From the NCBI GenBank assembly GCA_947053455.1, contig CAMRSV010000004.1, positions 15,500 through 79,499 of the forward strand: a DNA stretch of 64,000 bases, read 5' to 3'. Under the pieces are notes generated by a model. It searched no databases, was not told the DNA's origin, and was given only the letters and a program-made list of their open reading frames with translations. This document shows, in pieces, positions 28,174 through 37,707 of the stretch; position 1 is the first letter of the stretch; the number at the start of each line of letters is the position of its first letter. The position numbers were made by a program, and so were the translations under genes. Origin of the DNA: an uncultured Alphaproteobacteria bacterium (GTDB lineage Bacteria; Pseudomonadota; Alphaproteobacteria; Rs-D84).

Positions 28174-29607
28174 CTATTGCTGCATCGCGTAATTTATGCA
28201 CTGGGTTAATGCGTCAACCTGGTCCTTATACCGACTGCCAGGGAAGCTGAGTAGTTCTTTCTTGAACTCGGCCCACCAGTTCTGTTCTTCCTGTGGAAAT
28301 TGCAAGGTGCCGTTTTCAATATACGCACTAACGCCCATCAGACGTGATGTTTTGTCGGCGTCTGGCTTTATTGGTTCTACATCAAACCCGTATCCGTTGC
28401 AGTCCCTTTGTGCGGATAGCATTTGTATCAATTGCGTTCCGCTGGCCTTGTCCTCTATCAGAAGTTTAACTAATCCGCCGCCACCTTTTTCATATCGCCA
28501 TTTGTAGTATAATGCCATTACTTGTCTGATTAACTCTGGCATTTCCCATTTGCCGCGAACTACTTCCAACAGATAATACTTAAATGCGTTATTTTCGCGT
28601 GTCATCAGTACAACGCAACAGGCGGAGTAGGCATTTATTGCGCCTGCCTTATTCGCTGTGTCCCAGCTTAAGAATATTCGGCAATATTTAATCGGGTCTA
28701 TATTCTCTGCTTGCTCTTTTGTATAATAATGCAACCAAGACTCTTTGACGATGCCGCCTTCTAGTGGGCATGGTTCTTGTTGATATTGCGCGGACCAGAC
28801 GTATGTTCCCAGTTCTAGGCGTTTGGATTCTATTATTTCCATAGGCATACGACTGGGGTTCAATGGTCGCCCCATCGCGCGATGAAATACCTTTGACCCA
28901 ACCGTCCAAGTTTCATCAGTCATAGCGACTTCTGGTATTTTTATATGTACCCAATCGTTTGAGTTTTCCAATAGATAGCCGGTCAAATCGTTTTCGTGCA
29001 CACGCTGCATAATCAATATGATTGTTCCGTTTTTCGGATCGTCAAGGCGGCTCAGCATAGTGTTTTGATACCACTCGTTGACTTTGTTTATGGCGGATTC
29101 GCTGCTGACATCTGATGGCTTAATCGGGTCATCGATAATAATGACATTCCCGCCACGGCCGGTCATTGTTCCGTCCACAGATGATGTGTATCGTCCGCCC
29201 CGCGCGGTTGTGTTAAAATCGCCGGGCGTGGAACGATTTTTAGAAATGATGGTGCGCGGAAATATTCGCCGATACCATTCAGATTCCATAACGATTTTGC
29301 TATCGCGCGCAAACTTTTCCGCCAGTTCGGCGGAATAAGATGCGCTAACAATGCGTTCCTTGGGATTATGTCCCAACAGCCATGTTGAATAGGCGACATT
29401 GACGACAATGGATTTCAGGCTGCGCGGCGGCACGTTGATAATCAGGCGCTTTATTTCACCCCGACGTGCGCGTTCCAGGGTGTCGCACAGCACCTCCAGA
29501 TGCCAGTTGGGAATGAATTTCTCATTCCCAAGTTCATAAAAGACGCGTTGGACATAACTGTAAAAATCGTTGCGTAACAGCACGTCCAGTTCTTTGCGTT
29601 CAGACAT
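28174..29607 (-). CDS. terL: Phage terminase large subunit
   Basis: INVPPRSLKS Walker A, IIIDDP Walker B, MQRVHENDL, SWDTA, IEDKASG, DQVDA. Confidence 0.93.
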   Translation of the reverse strand: MSERKELDVLLRNDFYSYVQRVFYELGNEKFIPNWHLEVLCDTLERARRGEIKRLIINVPPRSLKSIVVNVAYSTWLLGHNPKERIVSASYSAELAEKFARDSKIVMESEWYRRIFPRTIISKNRSTPGDFNTTARGGRYTSSVDGTMTGRGGNVIIIDDPIKPSDVSSESAINKVNEWYQNTMLSRLDDPKNGTIILIMQRVHENDLTGYLLENSNDWVHIKIPEVAMTDETWTVGSKVFHRAMGRPLNPSRMPMEIIESKRLELGTYVWSAQYQQEPCPLEGGIVKESWLHYYTKEQAENIDPIKYCRIFLSWDTANKAGAINAYSACCVVLMTRENNAFKYYLLEVVRGKWEMPELIRQVMALYYKWRYEKGGGGLVKLLIEDKASGTQLIQMLSAQRDCNGYGFDVEPIKPDADKTSRLMGVSAYIENGTLQFPQEEQNWWAEFKKELLSFPGSRYKDQVDALTQCINYAMQQ

Positions 29608-29980
29608 CGATTTCCTCCTTGGTTTGTTCGGTTGTCAGGCGAGATTTTAGGTTTTCAAGAATAGCCTGGTCATTTGTTGATAAGGCCTCTCGCATGGCGT
29701 CCAAGTGCTCTTTTTCGGCATCCATTGCCAACATGTGCGGGAATATGTTTTGAATTGCCCGCAGGTCGCCTTTTACAGCGCGGTTAACCGCCTGCAACAG
29801 GATGGCTGTTTGTTTGTCGATTTTTAACTGGCGGCCATCTTGGGTAATCAATATTTTTTGATGCAGCAATTCGCCCAACAGAGTATATGTATTTTGGCGC
29901 CCCTTTGGTCGGCCCTTTGGGTTGCCTGACTGGCCGGGTTTGAATTGTGTGGCGGTTGGTGGTAATTTATAGCCTGTCAT
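29600..29980 (-). CDS. DUF5681 protein, candidate terminase small subunit
   Basis: GYKLPP...QFKPGQSGNPKGRPKG; overlaps the terL start. Confidence 0.8.
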   Translation of the reverse strand: MTGYKLPPTATQFKPGQSGNPKGRPKGRQNTYTLLGELLHQKILITQDGRQLKIDKQTAILLQAVNRAVKGDLRAIQNIFPHMLAMDAEKEHLDAMREALSTNDQAILENLKSRLTTEQTKEEIDV

Positions 29981-31236
29981 TTGATTTCTCCTATCTTTTC
30001 GGCTGTGCATCCGGTTAATGTTTCAAAGCGCTTGATTGTGACGTCACAGTATTTTTCTTCGAGTTCAATTCCGCGGCATACGCGTCCGGTCAGTTCGCAC
30101 GCAATCAGCGTAGAACCAGAACCAAGGAAACAATCCAGAACGATGTCGCCGCGCCGCGTGACATCCAGTATCGCATCGCGCAGCATTGCGACCGGCTTTA
30201 CGGTCGGGTGCAGTTTCAGGTCGTCTTTGCCCGCGCCGAACGCATTTGCACCGGCATAGTCCCAGACGTTCGTCCGATATCGCCCATGCGCGCCCAGTTC
30301 GATATTATTGATGTGGGGCGCGGTGCCGGACTTATAGATAAAGCACAGTTCGTGCTTGCTGCGGTACAGACTGCCCATGCCGCCGTTGGTCTTGTTCCAG
30401 ACACAGATATTTTTGAAATCGTCATAGACGGCCGCGCCGGCGGTGGTAATTTCGCCAACGTGCTTCCAGTCCATAAACAGGTAATGCAGGGCACCGTTCA
30501 CGGAATATTCCTTGGCGTGCCGCATAAAGGTAGTCAGGAACTCTGTGAACTCGGCCGGTGTCATCTCGCCCGATGCCATGGCAAACTCATCGTGCTTGAT
30601 TTTGCCCATGGATCCGATGTTCCGGACCTTTACGTTATACGGCGCATCGGTCAGAACCATTTGGGCGCGGCCGTCGCCCATAAGGGCGGCATAAGACTCG
30701 GCCATCAGCGCATCGCCACAGACGATTGTATGCCGCCCAAGTTTCCAAATGTCGCCGCGGTGGCACCGATGGTCTTCATCAGTCAACGCCGGAACAGCGT
30801 CCGCTTTCGGGTCGCTTGCCCCATCGCCGTCCAGAATCAGGTCGATTTCGGCTGTCTCAAACCCGGTGATTTCCAGATTGAAATCCAGGTCAAGGTTGCT
30901 TAACTCGCTGAATTCCAGATTCAGCAACTCGATACTCCATTTACCAAGTTCGGTCAGCTTGTTGTCTGCGATACGATACGCGCGCTTCTGGGCGTCTGTC
31001 AGATGCGACAGGATTATCGCCGGAACCTCGGTCATACCGGCATCCTGGGCCGCAGCTACGCGCCCATGCCCGGCAATGATTTCCAGATTCTCGTCCAGCA
31101 ATACCGGATTGATAAACCCGAACTCGCGGATAGATTCGCGTATCTTCGCCACCTGGGCACGGTTATGCAACTTCGGATTGTTTTTATACGCCCGAATGTC
31201 GGTTAGTTTGATGGTTTGTATAGTCAAATCTTTCAT
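29977..31236 (-). CDS. ParB-like N-terminal domain fused to N4/N6 DNA methyltransferase
   Basis: SIREFGF.NP, IIAGHGR, ADNK; TDAPYN, HPTVKP, LDCFLGSGSTL. Confidence 0.92.
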   Translation of the reverse strand: MKDLTIQTIKLTDIRAYKNNPKLHNRAQVAKIRESIREFGFINPVLLDENLEIIAGHGRVAAAQDAGMTEVPAIILSHLTDAQKRAYRIADNKLTELGKWSIELLNLEFSELSNLDLDFNLEITGFETAEIDLILDGDGASDPKADAVPALTDEDHRCHRGDIWKLGRHTIVCGDALMAESYAALMGDGRAQMVLTDAPYNVKVRNIGSMGKIKHDEFAMASGEMTPAEFTEFLTTFMRHAKEYSVNGALHYLFMDWKHVGEITTAGAAVYDDFKNICVWNKTNGGMGSLYRSKHELCFIYKSGTAPHINNIELGAHGRYRTNVWDYAGANAFGAGKDDLKLHPTVKPVAMLRDAILDVTRRGDIVLDCFLGSGSTLIACELTGRVCRGIELEEKYCDVTIKRFETLTGCTAEKIGEIK

Positions 31237-31477
31237 AGATTTTTCTTTTTGTTGTTTGTTTATCTTCCCTATAAAATTTTTTATAGGGGCCTAACTGTTT
31301 AGGGAAAGTTAAAGTTTACTCAGGGCGCGCGCCCCAAAACTTTTAAACATTCCCCTTATTAGGCGATCTGAAAGTTTATGTTTTGAAATTCGCGTAAAAA
31401 CAATATGTTATAAAAATGTTTATCTGGTTGCGTATCGATTAAAAATCGGGTAAGGTAGAGAGAAAAGTAGAAGGAAA

Positions 31478-31759
31478 ATGATAAAGTCATTTAACTGTCG
31501 CGAGACGGAAAAGATTTTTAATGGTGAACGTTCTCGGAAATTTCCGGCTGATATTCAAAAGCGGGCATTTCAGAAGTTGGCTATGCTTGATGCGTCCGAA
31601 CACGTGGATGATTTGCGTATCCCGCCATCAAATATGTTGGAAACGCTATCTGGTGATCGTAAAGGGCAGTGGAGTATTCGTATAAATCATAAATATAGAA
31701 TATGTTTTGTTTGGAATGAGAACGAAGTCAATAATGTAGAGATAGTCGAATATCATTAA
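31478..31759 (+). CDS. higB: HigB toxin (RelE/ParE family)
   Basis: MIKSF, DLRIPPSN.LE.L.GDR.GQWSIRIN..YRICF. Confidence 0.93.
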   Translation: MIKSFNCRETEKIFNGERSRKFPADIQKRAFQKLAMLDASEHVDDLRIPPSNMLETLSGDRKGQWSIRINHKYRICFVWNENEVNNVEIVEYH

Positions 31760-31816
31760 TCTCTTGACTTTGATTATTATCTGTTATATAATACATAATA
31801 GATAAAGGGGTTGACC

Positions 31817-32146
31817 ATGACAGCGTATATAGATATTGATCATGTTGGTATCGTATTGAAAGAAGAATTTATGGAACCACTGGGGTTATCTATGAATGCG
31901 TTGGCGCGCGCTATTGACGTTCCGGCCAATTATATTCATGGTATTGTGCATGGAACGCGCGGAATCTCTGCGGCGTTGGATTTGCGCCTTACGCGTTATT
32001 TTGGTTTGTCTCAAGGTTATTTTCTGCGTATTCAGACACATTATGATATGGTCTTGGCCAAACGTGATATTTCAATGGAATCCTTGAACAAGATTGTCCC
32101 CTTAAATCGTCCAGACAATGGCGAACTTAATGTGGCGGTGATGTAG
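31817..32146 (+). CDS. higA: HigA antitoxin (HTH)
   Basis: H.G.VLKEEFMEPLGLS..ALA; follows higB. Confidence 0.92.
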   Translation: MTAYIDIDHVGIVLKEEFMEPLGLSMNALARAIDVPANYIHGIVHGTRGISAALDLRLTRYFGLSQGYFLRIQTHYDMVLAKRDISMESLNKIVPLNRPDNGELNVAVM

Positions 32147-32147
32147 A

Positions 32148-32573
32148 TTACAAATTCACAATCTCAATATCTGGGAATTGGGCTGCGATGTGTTCGGCGG
32201 CGAGGCGGCGGTGGCATTGTGTGGCGGATTTTTCTGTACATAGCAAGCAGATTCGGTCAATGGTGTCCGGCGTTAGCCCTGCGGCCGGATGGCGCGCGGT
32301 CAGTAATTCCCGATACATACGTTCATAATCAGGCCAGGTAATGCGGCCGTCTTTATAGCCGGCCAAGATTTCGGTCGTTGGGGCGAATTCCGGGTGGTAT
32401 TCATAACGCGTGCCCAGTGTTGTGGCCAGATTTTCGCCACTGTAAAACGACACATGGGTGCTGGTGCGCCATTGGCGTATGTCCCACATCGCACGGACGC
32501 GCACAGCGTTTAATACATCCATAAACGCGTCCGGAGTCTTGCCGCTAAAACCAATTGTGAATATCTTTGGCAT
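32148..32573 (-). CDS. DUF488 family protein
   Basis: IFTIGFS, DIR, LLCTE....CHRRL. Confidence 0.85.
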   Translation of the reverse strand: MPKIFTIGFSGKTPDAFMDVLNAVRVRAMWDIRQWRTSTHVSFYSGENLATTLGTRYEYHPEFAPTTEILAGYKDGRITWPDYERMYRELLTARHPAAGLTPDTIDRICLLCTEKSATQCHRRLAAEHIAAQFPDIEIVNL

Positions 32574-32575
32574 TG

Positions 32576-33634
32576 TTATTTATTCAAAACATAAACTGTT
32601 CCGCGGGTGGTGCCGTGTTTGATAATAAGACCGCGTTTAACCAAAACTTGCACCGCCTTGCGGATTGTTTCTGGATTCTTGTCGATTGCGGATACGATTT
32701 GTGGCATGCTTAATCCCGATGCGTTTTCAAACAGAGCCAGAATTTCGCTTTGTGTGGCGGATAACTTGGCGATGCTGGTACTGCGAACATGTGCGATTTT
32801 ATCTTCCAGCATACGTTTCTGCGTAACCAGAGAACGCACAAAGAATGTCAACCAAGGCTCGTAATCAATACTGTCGCCCCAAATGGTCTTTTGCGTGCCA
32901 CGTAATGCGCGATAATAAGCATCTTTGGTGGCTTCTATAACAGATTCCATTGATGCGTATGGCATATATGTGTATCCGCTTTTCAGCATCAACATAATTG
33001 TTAATGCGCGCGACAGGCGACCGTTTCCATCTGTAAATGGATGGATGGACAGAAAGTGTATTACAAATATCCCGATTGTAATAATCGGGTGAAAGAACCG
33101 ATCGTCCAGCGTGTTATTCGTCCATTTGACGGTTTCTTCCATCAAGCGTGGCGTATCAAAAGGCGAGGTGGTTTCAAATATAGAGCCGATTTCATGACCG
33201 TTCGCATCAAATGCCGCAACCCGGTTACTGTCTTTTTTGTATTCACCACGGTGACGCGCATCCTTGTCAGAGTAGTTCAGTAAAATCTTATGCAATTGTT
33301 TGATATAATTCTCGCTTAACGGGATTGTTGCGTAATTTTCAAATATCGTGTTGACCAGGTCGGAATAGCCTGCAACCTCTTGCTGGTCACGGGTGGTAAA
33401 CGACTGCTGATTGATATTGGCGAACAGGGCCTCTATCTCGGCATCGGTCATACGGTTACCCTCGATGCGGTTGGATGAGCCGACAGATTCTATTGTGGCT
33501 ACCCGGCGCATAACCCGCAAATCGTCGGCAGACAGGCGCACCGCACCACCGGCCCATGCACCGTTAAAAGCATCAATTTCGGCAATATTGTTCAGTATTT
33601 CAGGTGTTATGACAATGTCACGATTATTTGGCAT
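32576..33634 (-). CDS. Fic family protein with C-terminal wHTH
   Basis: SNRIEGN inhibitory motif, HPFTDGNGRLSR. Confidence 0.92.
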   Translation of the reverse strand: MPNNRDIVITPEILNNIAEIDAFNGAWAGGAVRLSADDLRVMRRVATIESVGSSNRIEGNRMTDAEIEALFANINQQSFTTRDQQEVAGYSDLVNTIFENYATIPLSENYIKQLHKILLNYSDKDARHRGEYKKDSNRVAAFDANGHEIGSIFETTSPFDTPRLMEETVKWTNNTLDDRFFHPIITIGIFVIHFLSIHPFTDGNGRLSRALTIMLMLKSGYTYMPYASMESVIEATKDAYYRALRGTQKTIWGDSIDYEPWLTFFVRSLVTQKRMLEDKIAHVRSTSIAKLSATQSEILALFENASGLSMPQIVSAIDKNPETIRKAVQVLVKRGLIIKHGTTRGTVYVLNK

Positions 33635-33839
33635 TTTGTGCGGCCTTTTTATGTTTGTTAATATTTTACCTAATATTACCAGATAATTCCCAGAAAGTCA
33701 ATATTTTTCCCAGAAAATTCCCAGATAATAAAAATATCATTATTTATGGGTTTGCTAATTACAAAGATGATGTTTTATGTTATTCTACGAAAAGTGACGC
33801 GCCGTGCGCGCCATTGGAATTGTTTTAGGTGGTATAAAT

Positions 33840-34580
33840 ATGGCGGTAAATTCAAATCTGGAATGGACGGACGCAACCTGGAATCCGATTGTCGGGTGCA
33901 CCAAATACAGCGACGGGTGCGCGAATTGTTATGCCGCGCCGATTGCAGAACGCCTGCATGCCCAGGGCGTACGCGGATATGAAAACGGGTTCCGTTTGAC
34001 ATTGCGTCCGGAACGGCTGGAAATGCCATTGCATTGGGCAAAGCCGCGATTGGTATTTGTGGATTCTATGTGCGATTTATTCCACGCGGACGTTCCATTG
34101 GAATATATCCAGCGGGTCTTTGCCATTATGAAACGCGTGAATTGGCACGTATACACGATTTTGACCAAGCGGTCAGAGCGTTTGCGCGAACTGGCACCGC
34201 ACCTGGAATGGTTGCCGAATATTGTTATGGGTGTGACGATAGAATCAGACAAATACCGCCATCGCCTGGATGATTTAAAGGCAGTGCCGGCACAGATGAA
34301 ATACCTGTCGCTGGAACCGTTGTTGGGGCCGATAGAACGGTTGGATTTATCGGGCATAGATTGGGTGATTGTCGGCGGTGAATCCGGACCGAACGCGCGA
34401 CCTATGAATCCGGATTGGGTGCGCCAGATTCGCGACTGGACACTTGCCCAGGGTGCGGCATTCTGGTTCAAACAATACAGCGAATACGGTTGCGTCGGCA
34501 ATGTCCCCGAACCGATACTGGACGGTAAAAAATATAAACAATTTCCCGAATTTAAGCGCGGAACATTGGAATTGTTTTAA
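33840..34580 (+). CDS. DUF5131 (phage Gp37/Gp68) family protein
   Basis: EWTDATWNP..GC...S.GC.NCYA, ILTKR, SLEPLLG, WVIVGGESG, FKQ. Confidence 0.9.
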   Translation: MAVNSNLEWTDATWNPIVGCTKYSDGCANCYAAPIAERLHAQGVRGYENGFRLTLRPERLEMPLHWAKPRLVFVDSMCDLFHADVPLEYIQRVFAIMKRVNWHVYTILTKRSERLRELAPHLEWLPNIVMGVTIESDKYRHRLDDLKAVPAQMKYLSLEPLLGPIERLDLSGIDWVIVGGESGPNARPMNPDWVRQIRDWTLAQGAAFWFKQYSEYGCVGNVPEPILDGKKYKQFPEFKRGTLELF

Positions 34581-34618
34581 TAGTGGCTTTTTATATAATT
34601 TCTATCTATAATCAGGAC

Positions 34619-35692
34619 ATGGTAAAGGCAACTGATTTTGTTAGTGAATACAAGACCGTGGGTGACCCGGGGAAGCGGGAAAAGGCCCGCAATTGGGATA
34701 TTGCCATTGGGTTGCAGCGGGTGGATGGACTGGCCCCGTCACGGTATCTGTACCAGGTGGCGCGCGATAATATCGATGGTAAAATTACCCATGCTGATGT
34801 TGCCAAAAGCCTGCATAAATACTATCAAACCGATGCCGGTCGGGCAGAGGCGCCTGATACGATGGAGGCCGACCAGGTTTCCAACCGCATTGCCGAATTG
34901 TTAGGCAATCCGTCATTTACCTTTGCGCCGACAACATTGTTGAGCATTCATGAATATCTGTTTCGCGACAGCCTGCCGGATGAATGGGTGGGACGTATTC
35001 GTGACAAGGATATTACCAAGCCAGAAAGCGCATTAAATGGCGATACGGTGCGTTATGCATGGCATGCCGATATTGAAAAGACATTGGAATATGATTTTGA
35101 TCGTGAACGGCGGTTTAGTTATGCGGGGCTGACCCCGCGTGCCCAGGCACACCATATCGCCGAATTTATATCTGGCATCTGGCAGATTCATCCGTTTCGT
35201 GAGGGCAATACCCGCACCACGGCTGTGTTTGCAATTAAATATCTGCGCAGCAAAGGATTTATGGCAGATAACGAACTGTTCAAAAACAATGCTGAATATT
35301 TCCGCAATGCGCTGGTTCGTGCCAATTACGAGAATGTAAACACCGGCGTTTCTCGTACCATGGACTATTTGTATCGGTTCTTTGGTAACCTGTTGCTGAG
35401 CGAAAATAACGTGCTGGATGCAGGCGATACGCATATAAATATCGCTAATAAAAATTTAAAAATTAGCGATATAATTAGCGATAAGTTGGATAAAACAACC
35501 AAGGTGTTTTTAGACACGATTATGCCAGTATTACAAAAAGATAGCGATATTAATGCCGCCACGGCCATGGAATTGACAGGCAAATCAGCCCAGCGTGTGC
35601 GCCAACTGTTTGCTGCATTGGTTGCATCGGGTGTGTTGGTTGCCGTGGGGCAAAACAAAGGTCGCCGTTATCGGTTGGCGATTGCCAAATAG
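34619..35692 (+). CDS. Fic family protein with VbhA-like N-terminus and C-terminal HTH
   Basis: AIGLQRVDGL, HPFREGNTRT. Confidence 0.9.
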   Translation: MVKATDFVSEYKTVGDPGKREKARNWDIAIGLQRVDGLAPSRYLYQVARDNIDGKITHADVAKSLHKYYQTDAGRAEAPDTMEADQVSNRIAELLGNPSFTFAPTTLLSIHEYLFRDSLPDEWVGRIRDKDITKPESALNGDTVRYAWHADIEKTLEYDFDRERRFSYAGLTPRAQAHHIAEFISGIWQIHPFREGNTRTTAVFAIKYLRSKGFMADNELFKNNAEYFRNALVRANYENVNTGVSRTMDYLYRFFGNLLLSENNVLDAGDTHINIANKNLKISDIISDKLDKTTKVFLDTIMPVLQKDSDINAATAMELTGKSAQRVRQLFAALVASGVLVAVGQNKGRRYRLAIAK

Positions 35693-35751
35693 TTTTCAAA
35701 TAATTAGCGATAAATGGGGCCATATACCTTGGCACGGGTGGGGTGGGGATG

Positions 35752-35901
35752 ATTCCCTGATGTGGGTGGGCAAAATCCCTGTTTTGTGAAATCAAATTCC
35801 CTGTTATTTTTGTGGGGGATTTTGTGAAAGTGGCGGAAATGCGGTGCGGCGGGCAAAAATGGGACCGCCGAAATGCCTCAAAATCCCTGTTAATCCCTGT
35901 A
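35752..35901 (+). repeat. Cluster of A(T)TCCCTG repeats at the right end of element 1
   Basis: Five direct copies (about 35752, 35773, 35794, 35881, 35892) and one inverted-like GGGGATTTT. Confidence 0.7.
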
Positions 35902-35938
35902 TTTTGTTGTATGGCGTTTGCCGTAGAATATTACCACA

Positions 35939-36099
35939 CCGCCAGGAATCAGTTATGTTTTGAATATAAAAACATATAGCGAGCAACTCCCCGGGAAATC
36001 GGGGCTTTTTACTTATAACTCATCCATGGTATATCGCGAATTTTCAAAAATCGGCAAATAAAAAGCAGTTTCTATACATTGGCCTTTTTCGCCCTGGCA
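35939..36099 (+). repeat. Element left-end sequence, copy 2 (junction of elements 1 and 2)
   Basis: About 86% identical to 13863-14023; starts at CCGCCA. Confidence 0.9.
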
Positions 36100-36435
36100 C
36101 TAGAATTGTAATATAAGTATAAATAATCCAAGCACCAATGTCGGGCTCAACATCCATAAAAATGCAGACATGAATTTGCATTTGATAAGTTTATAGATGC
36201 CTGTCCCTGTACCAAATGACATGAGTATTGCCAATATTCCAAATGTTGTCACATAGGTCAAAGGACTATGCCATAACCATCCCATAGATTCAGCACCCCA
36301 ATAGCAAATAGCAATATCGCAATTGCGTGTTATTTCGTGTATGGTGTCAATTAATAAATAACAAATCAGCCAAGCGTTGCATACGCATATTGTGCCAAAC
36401 AAACATAAATATAATGTCTTTAAAACTTTATTCAT
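36100..36435 (-). CDS. Small membrane protein, candidate immunity protein
   Basis: About 3 TM, 4 bp downstream of the Tlde1-like toxin. Confidence 0.6.
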   Translation of the reverse strand: MNKVLKTLYLCLFGTICVCNAWLICYLLIDTIHEITRNCDIAICYWGAESMGWLWHSPLTYVTTFGILAILMSFGTGTGIYKLIKCKFMSAFLWMLSPTLVLGLFILILQF

Positions 36436-36439
36436 GTGG

Positions 36440-37429
36440 TTAATACTTTACGTGCACTATAACATCTTTGCCATTTTTTTCAAACCATTTTGCAAATCCA
36501 TCCATGCCTTTTTCTAAATCTATGCATCCGGCTGAACCAAAAGAAACACCTCCATGAATAGAAAAGTTACTGCGATTCAATATATTGGTTTCATTTGCGG
36601 GTTCTAGCCAAATTCTATGATTCCCCCAAGCAGCGCTACCCCCTTTCCAGCTTGTTTGTTTTTTTATTGTAGAATAATCGTCCCTATGCTGTAATTTTGA
36701 TTGTCTGGCAACATAGAGCCCCTCTGGTATCGGACCTTTGGATTTGACGGCTTGATTTTCTTTTCCTTGATAGTCGGGCTTTCCTGACATTGCGCCCCAA
36801 TATCCAGTTCTTTTACTGTTATCATAGGTGGTTAAAGCAATTCCATCAAATATTGCGATTTGGTTTTTGTTTGTGTTTACCGGATATTCAAATGTTGCGC
36901 CGTGTGATTCAAATTTACTGTTTATTGCAGACTCTGTTGCGTCGCCCGGAAATATTTTACCAGTCGCGGTCAATCCATTATCTTTTTGAAAGTTTTTAAT
37001 TGCGGTCACTAGGGCGTCATTCGGATAGCCGTTAAACTTGTCTTCTGTTTCACTGCGCGGTTCCGGTTTGTAATAATTCATTTTGTTTAAGTAAGTTTTT
37101 AGTTTTATAACATCACTACTATTGGAATTAGTGTCAGAAGAAAAGCCTTTTGTTAAAGAAAATTTTTGTTCCTTATTTTTATCTTTGTCTTCGTCTTTTT
37201 CACGTTTTCCGCCTTGGTAATGATATGGACAAATCCTTTCATATGCACCAACTTTGGCACCATCGGAACGTGTATATCCGCCCACTTGAATTATGCCACT
37301 GCATTCTTCCTCATCATTCGAGCTATTCTGATTATTGCCAGTTCTTGCTTTTATATATGTTTTGTACGCAGTATTGGCAAGTTGCAACCAATCTTTGGTT
37401 GTCATGCTTGTGTATTCTTTTAATGCCAT
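36440..37429 (-). CDS. Peptidoglycan-binding + Tlde1/DUF2778-like L,D-transpeptidase-fold toxin
   Basis: VGGYTRSDG..V.AY.R motif; AIKNFQKDNGL..TG PG-binding; SG, GPIPEGLY, RSNFSIHGG...GSAGCI. Confidence 0.82.
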   Translation of the reverse strand: MALKEYTSMTTKDWLQLANTAYKTYIKARTGNNQNSSNDEEECSGIIQVGGYTRSDGAKVGAYERICPYHYQGGKREKDEDKDKNKEQKFSLTKGFSSDTNSNSSDVIKLKTYLNKMNYYKPEPRSETEDKFNGYPNDALVTAIKNFQKDNGLTATGKIFPGDATESAINSKFESHGATFEYPVNTNKNQIAIFDGIALTTYDNSKRTGYWGAMSGKPDYQGKENQAVKSKGPIPEGLYVARQSKLQHRDDYSTIKKQTSWKGGSAAWGNHRIWLEPANETNILNRSNFSIHGGVSFGSAGCIDLEKGMDGFAKWFEKNGKDVIVHVKY

Positions 37430-37444
37430 TAATAAATCCTTTTG

Positions 37445-37520
37445 AAAAATAAAAAAGTCGGCACAATGCCGACTAAAATTAACTCACTTGTATTATACCA
37501 CAAAACACGATAAAAAGCAA
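37445..37520 (-). promoter_or_regulatory. Sigma70 promoter followed by a leader terminator upstream of the toxin
   Basis: TTGCTT-17-TATAAT (37520-37492); AGTCGGCA-TTG-TGCCGACT plus T-run before the RBS. Confidence 0.7.
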
Positions 37521-37606
37521 TATATAAAGCATGTTAAAATTGATGTTTGGGAGCAGTGGCAAAGATTTCCGCCACACTGCATGGCTATTTTCCGGATAGT
37601 ATTTCA

Positions 37607-37707
37607 TTGATTTTTATGCTTGTTTGTGGTATACTATATACCGTGAACAAAGGCGACAAATGTCGCCGTTTTTTATTGCCCAGTTCGCACACGGGGCTTT
37701 TTTATTT
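37607..37707 (+). promoter_or_regulatory. Sigma70 promoter followed by two leader terminator-like hairpins
   Basis: TTGATT-17-TATACT; GGCGACA-AA-TGTCGCC-GTTTTTT and GCCC..GGGC-TTTTTT. Confidence 0.65.

Larger units (their letters stand above)
13863..35938. mobile_element. Serine-recombinase, terminase-encoding integrative element (satellite-like) at tRNA-Ser
   Basis: CCGCCAGGAATCAGTTAT at 13863 and 35939; recombinase, DUF2924, DUF5681, TerL and ParB-methylase core with defence/TA cargo. Confidence 0.85.
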
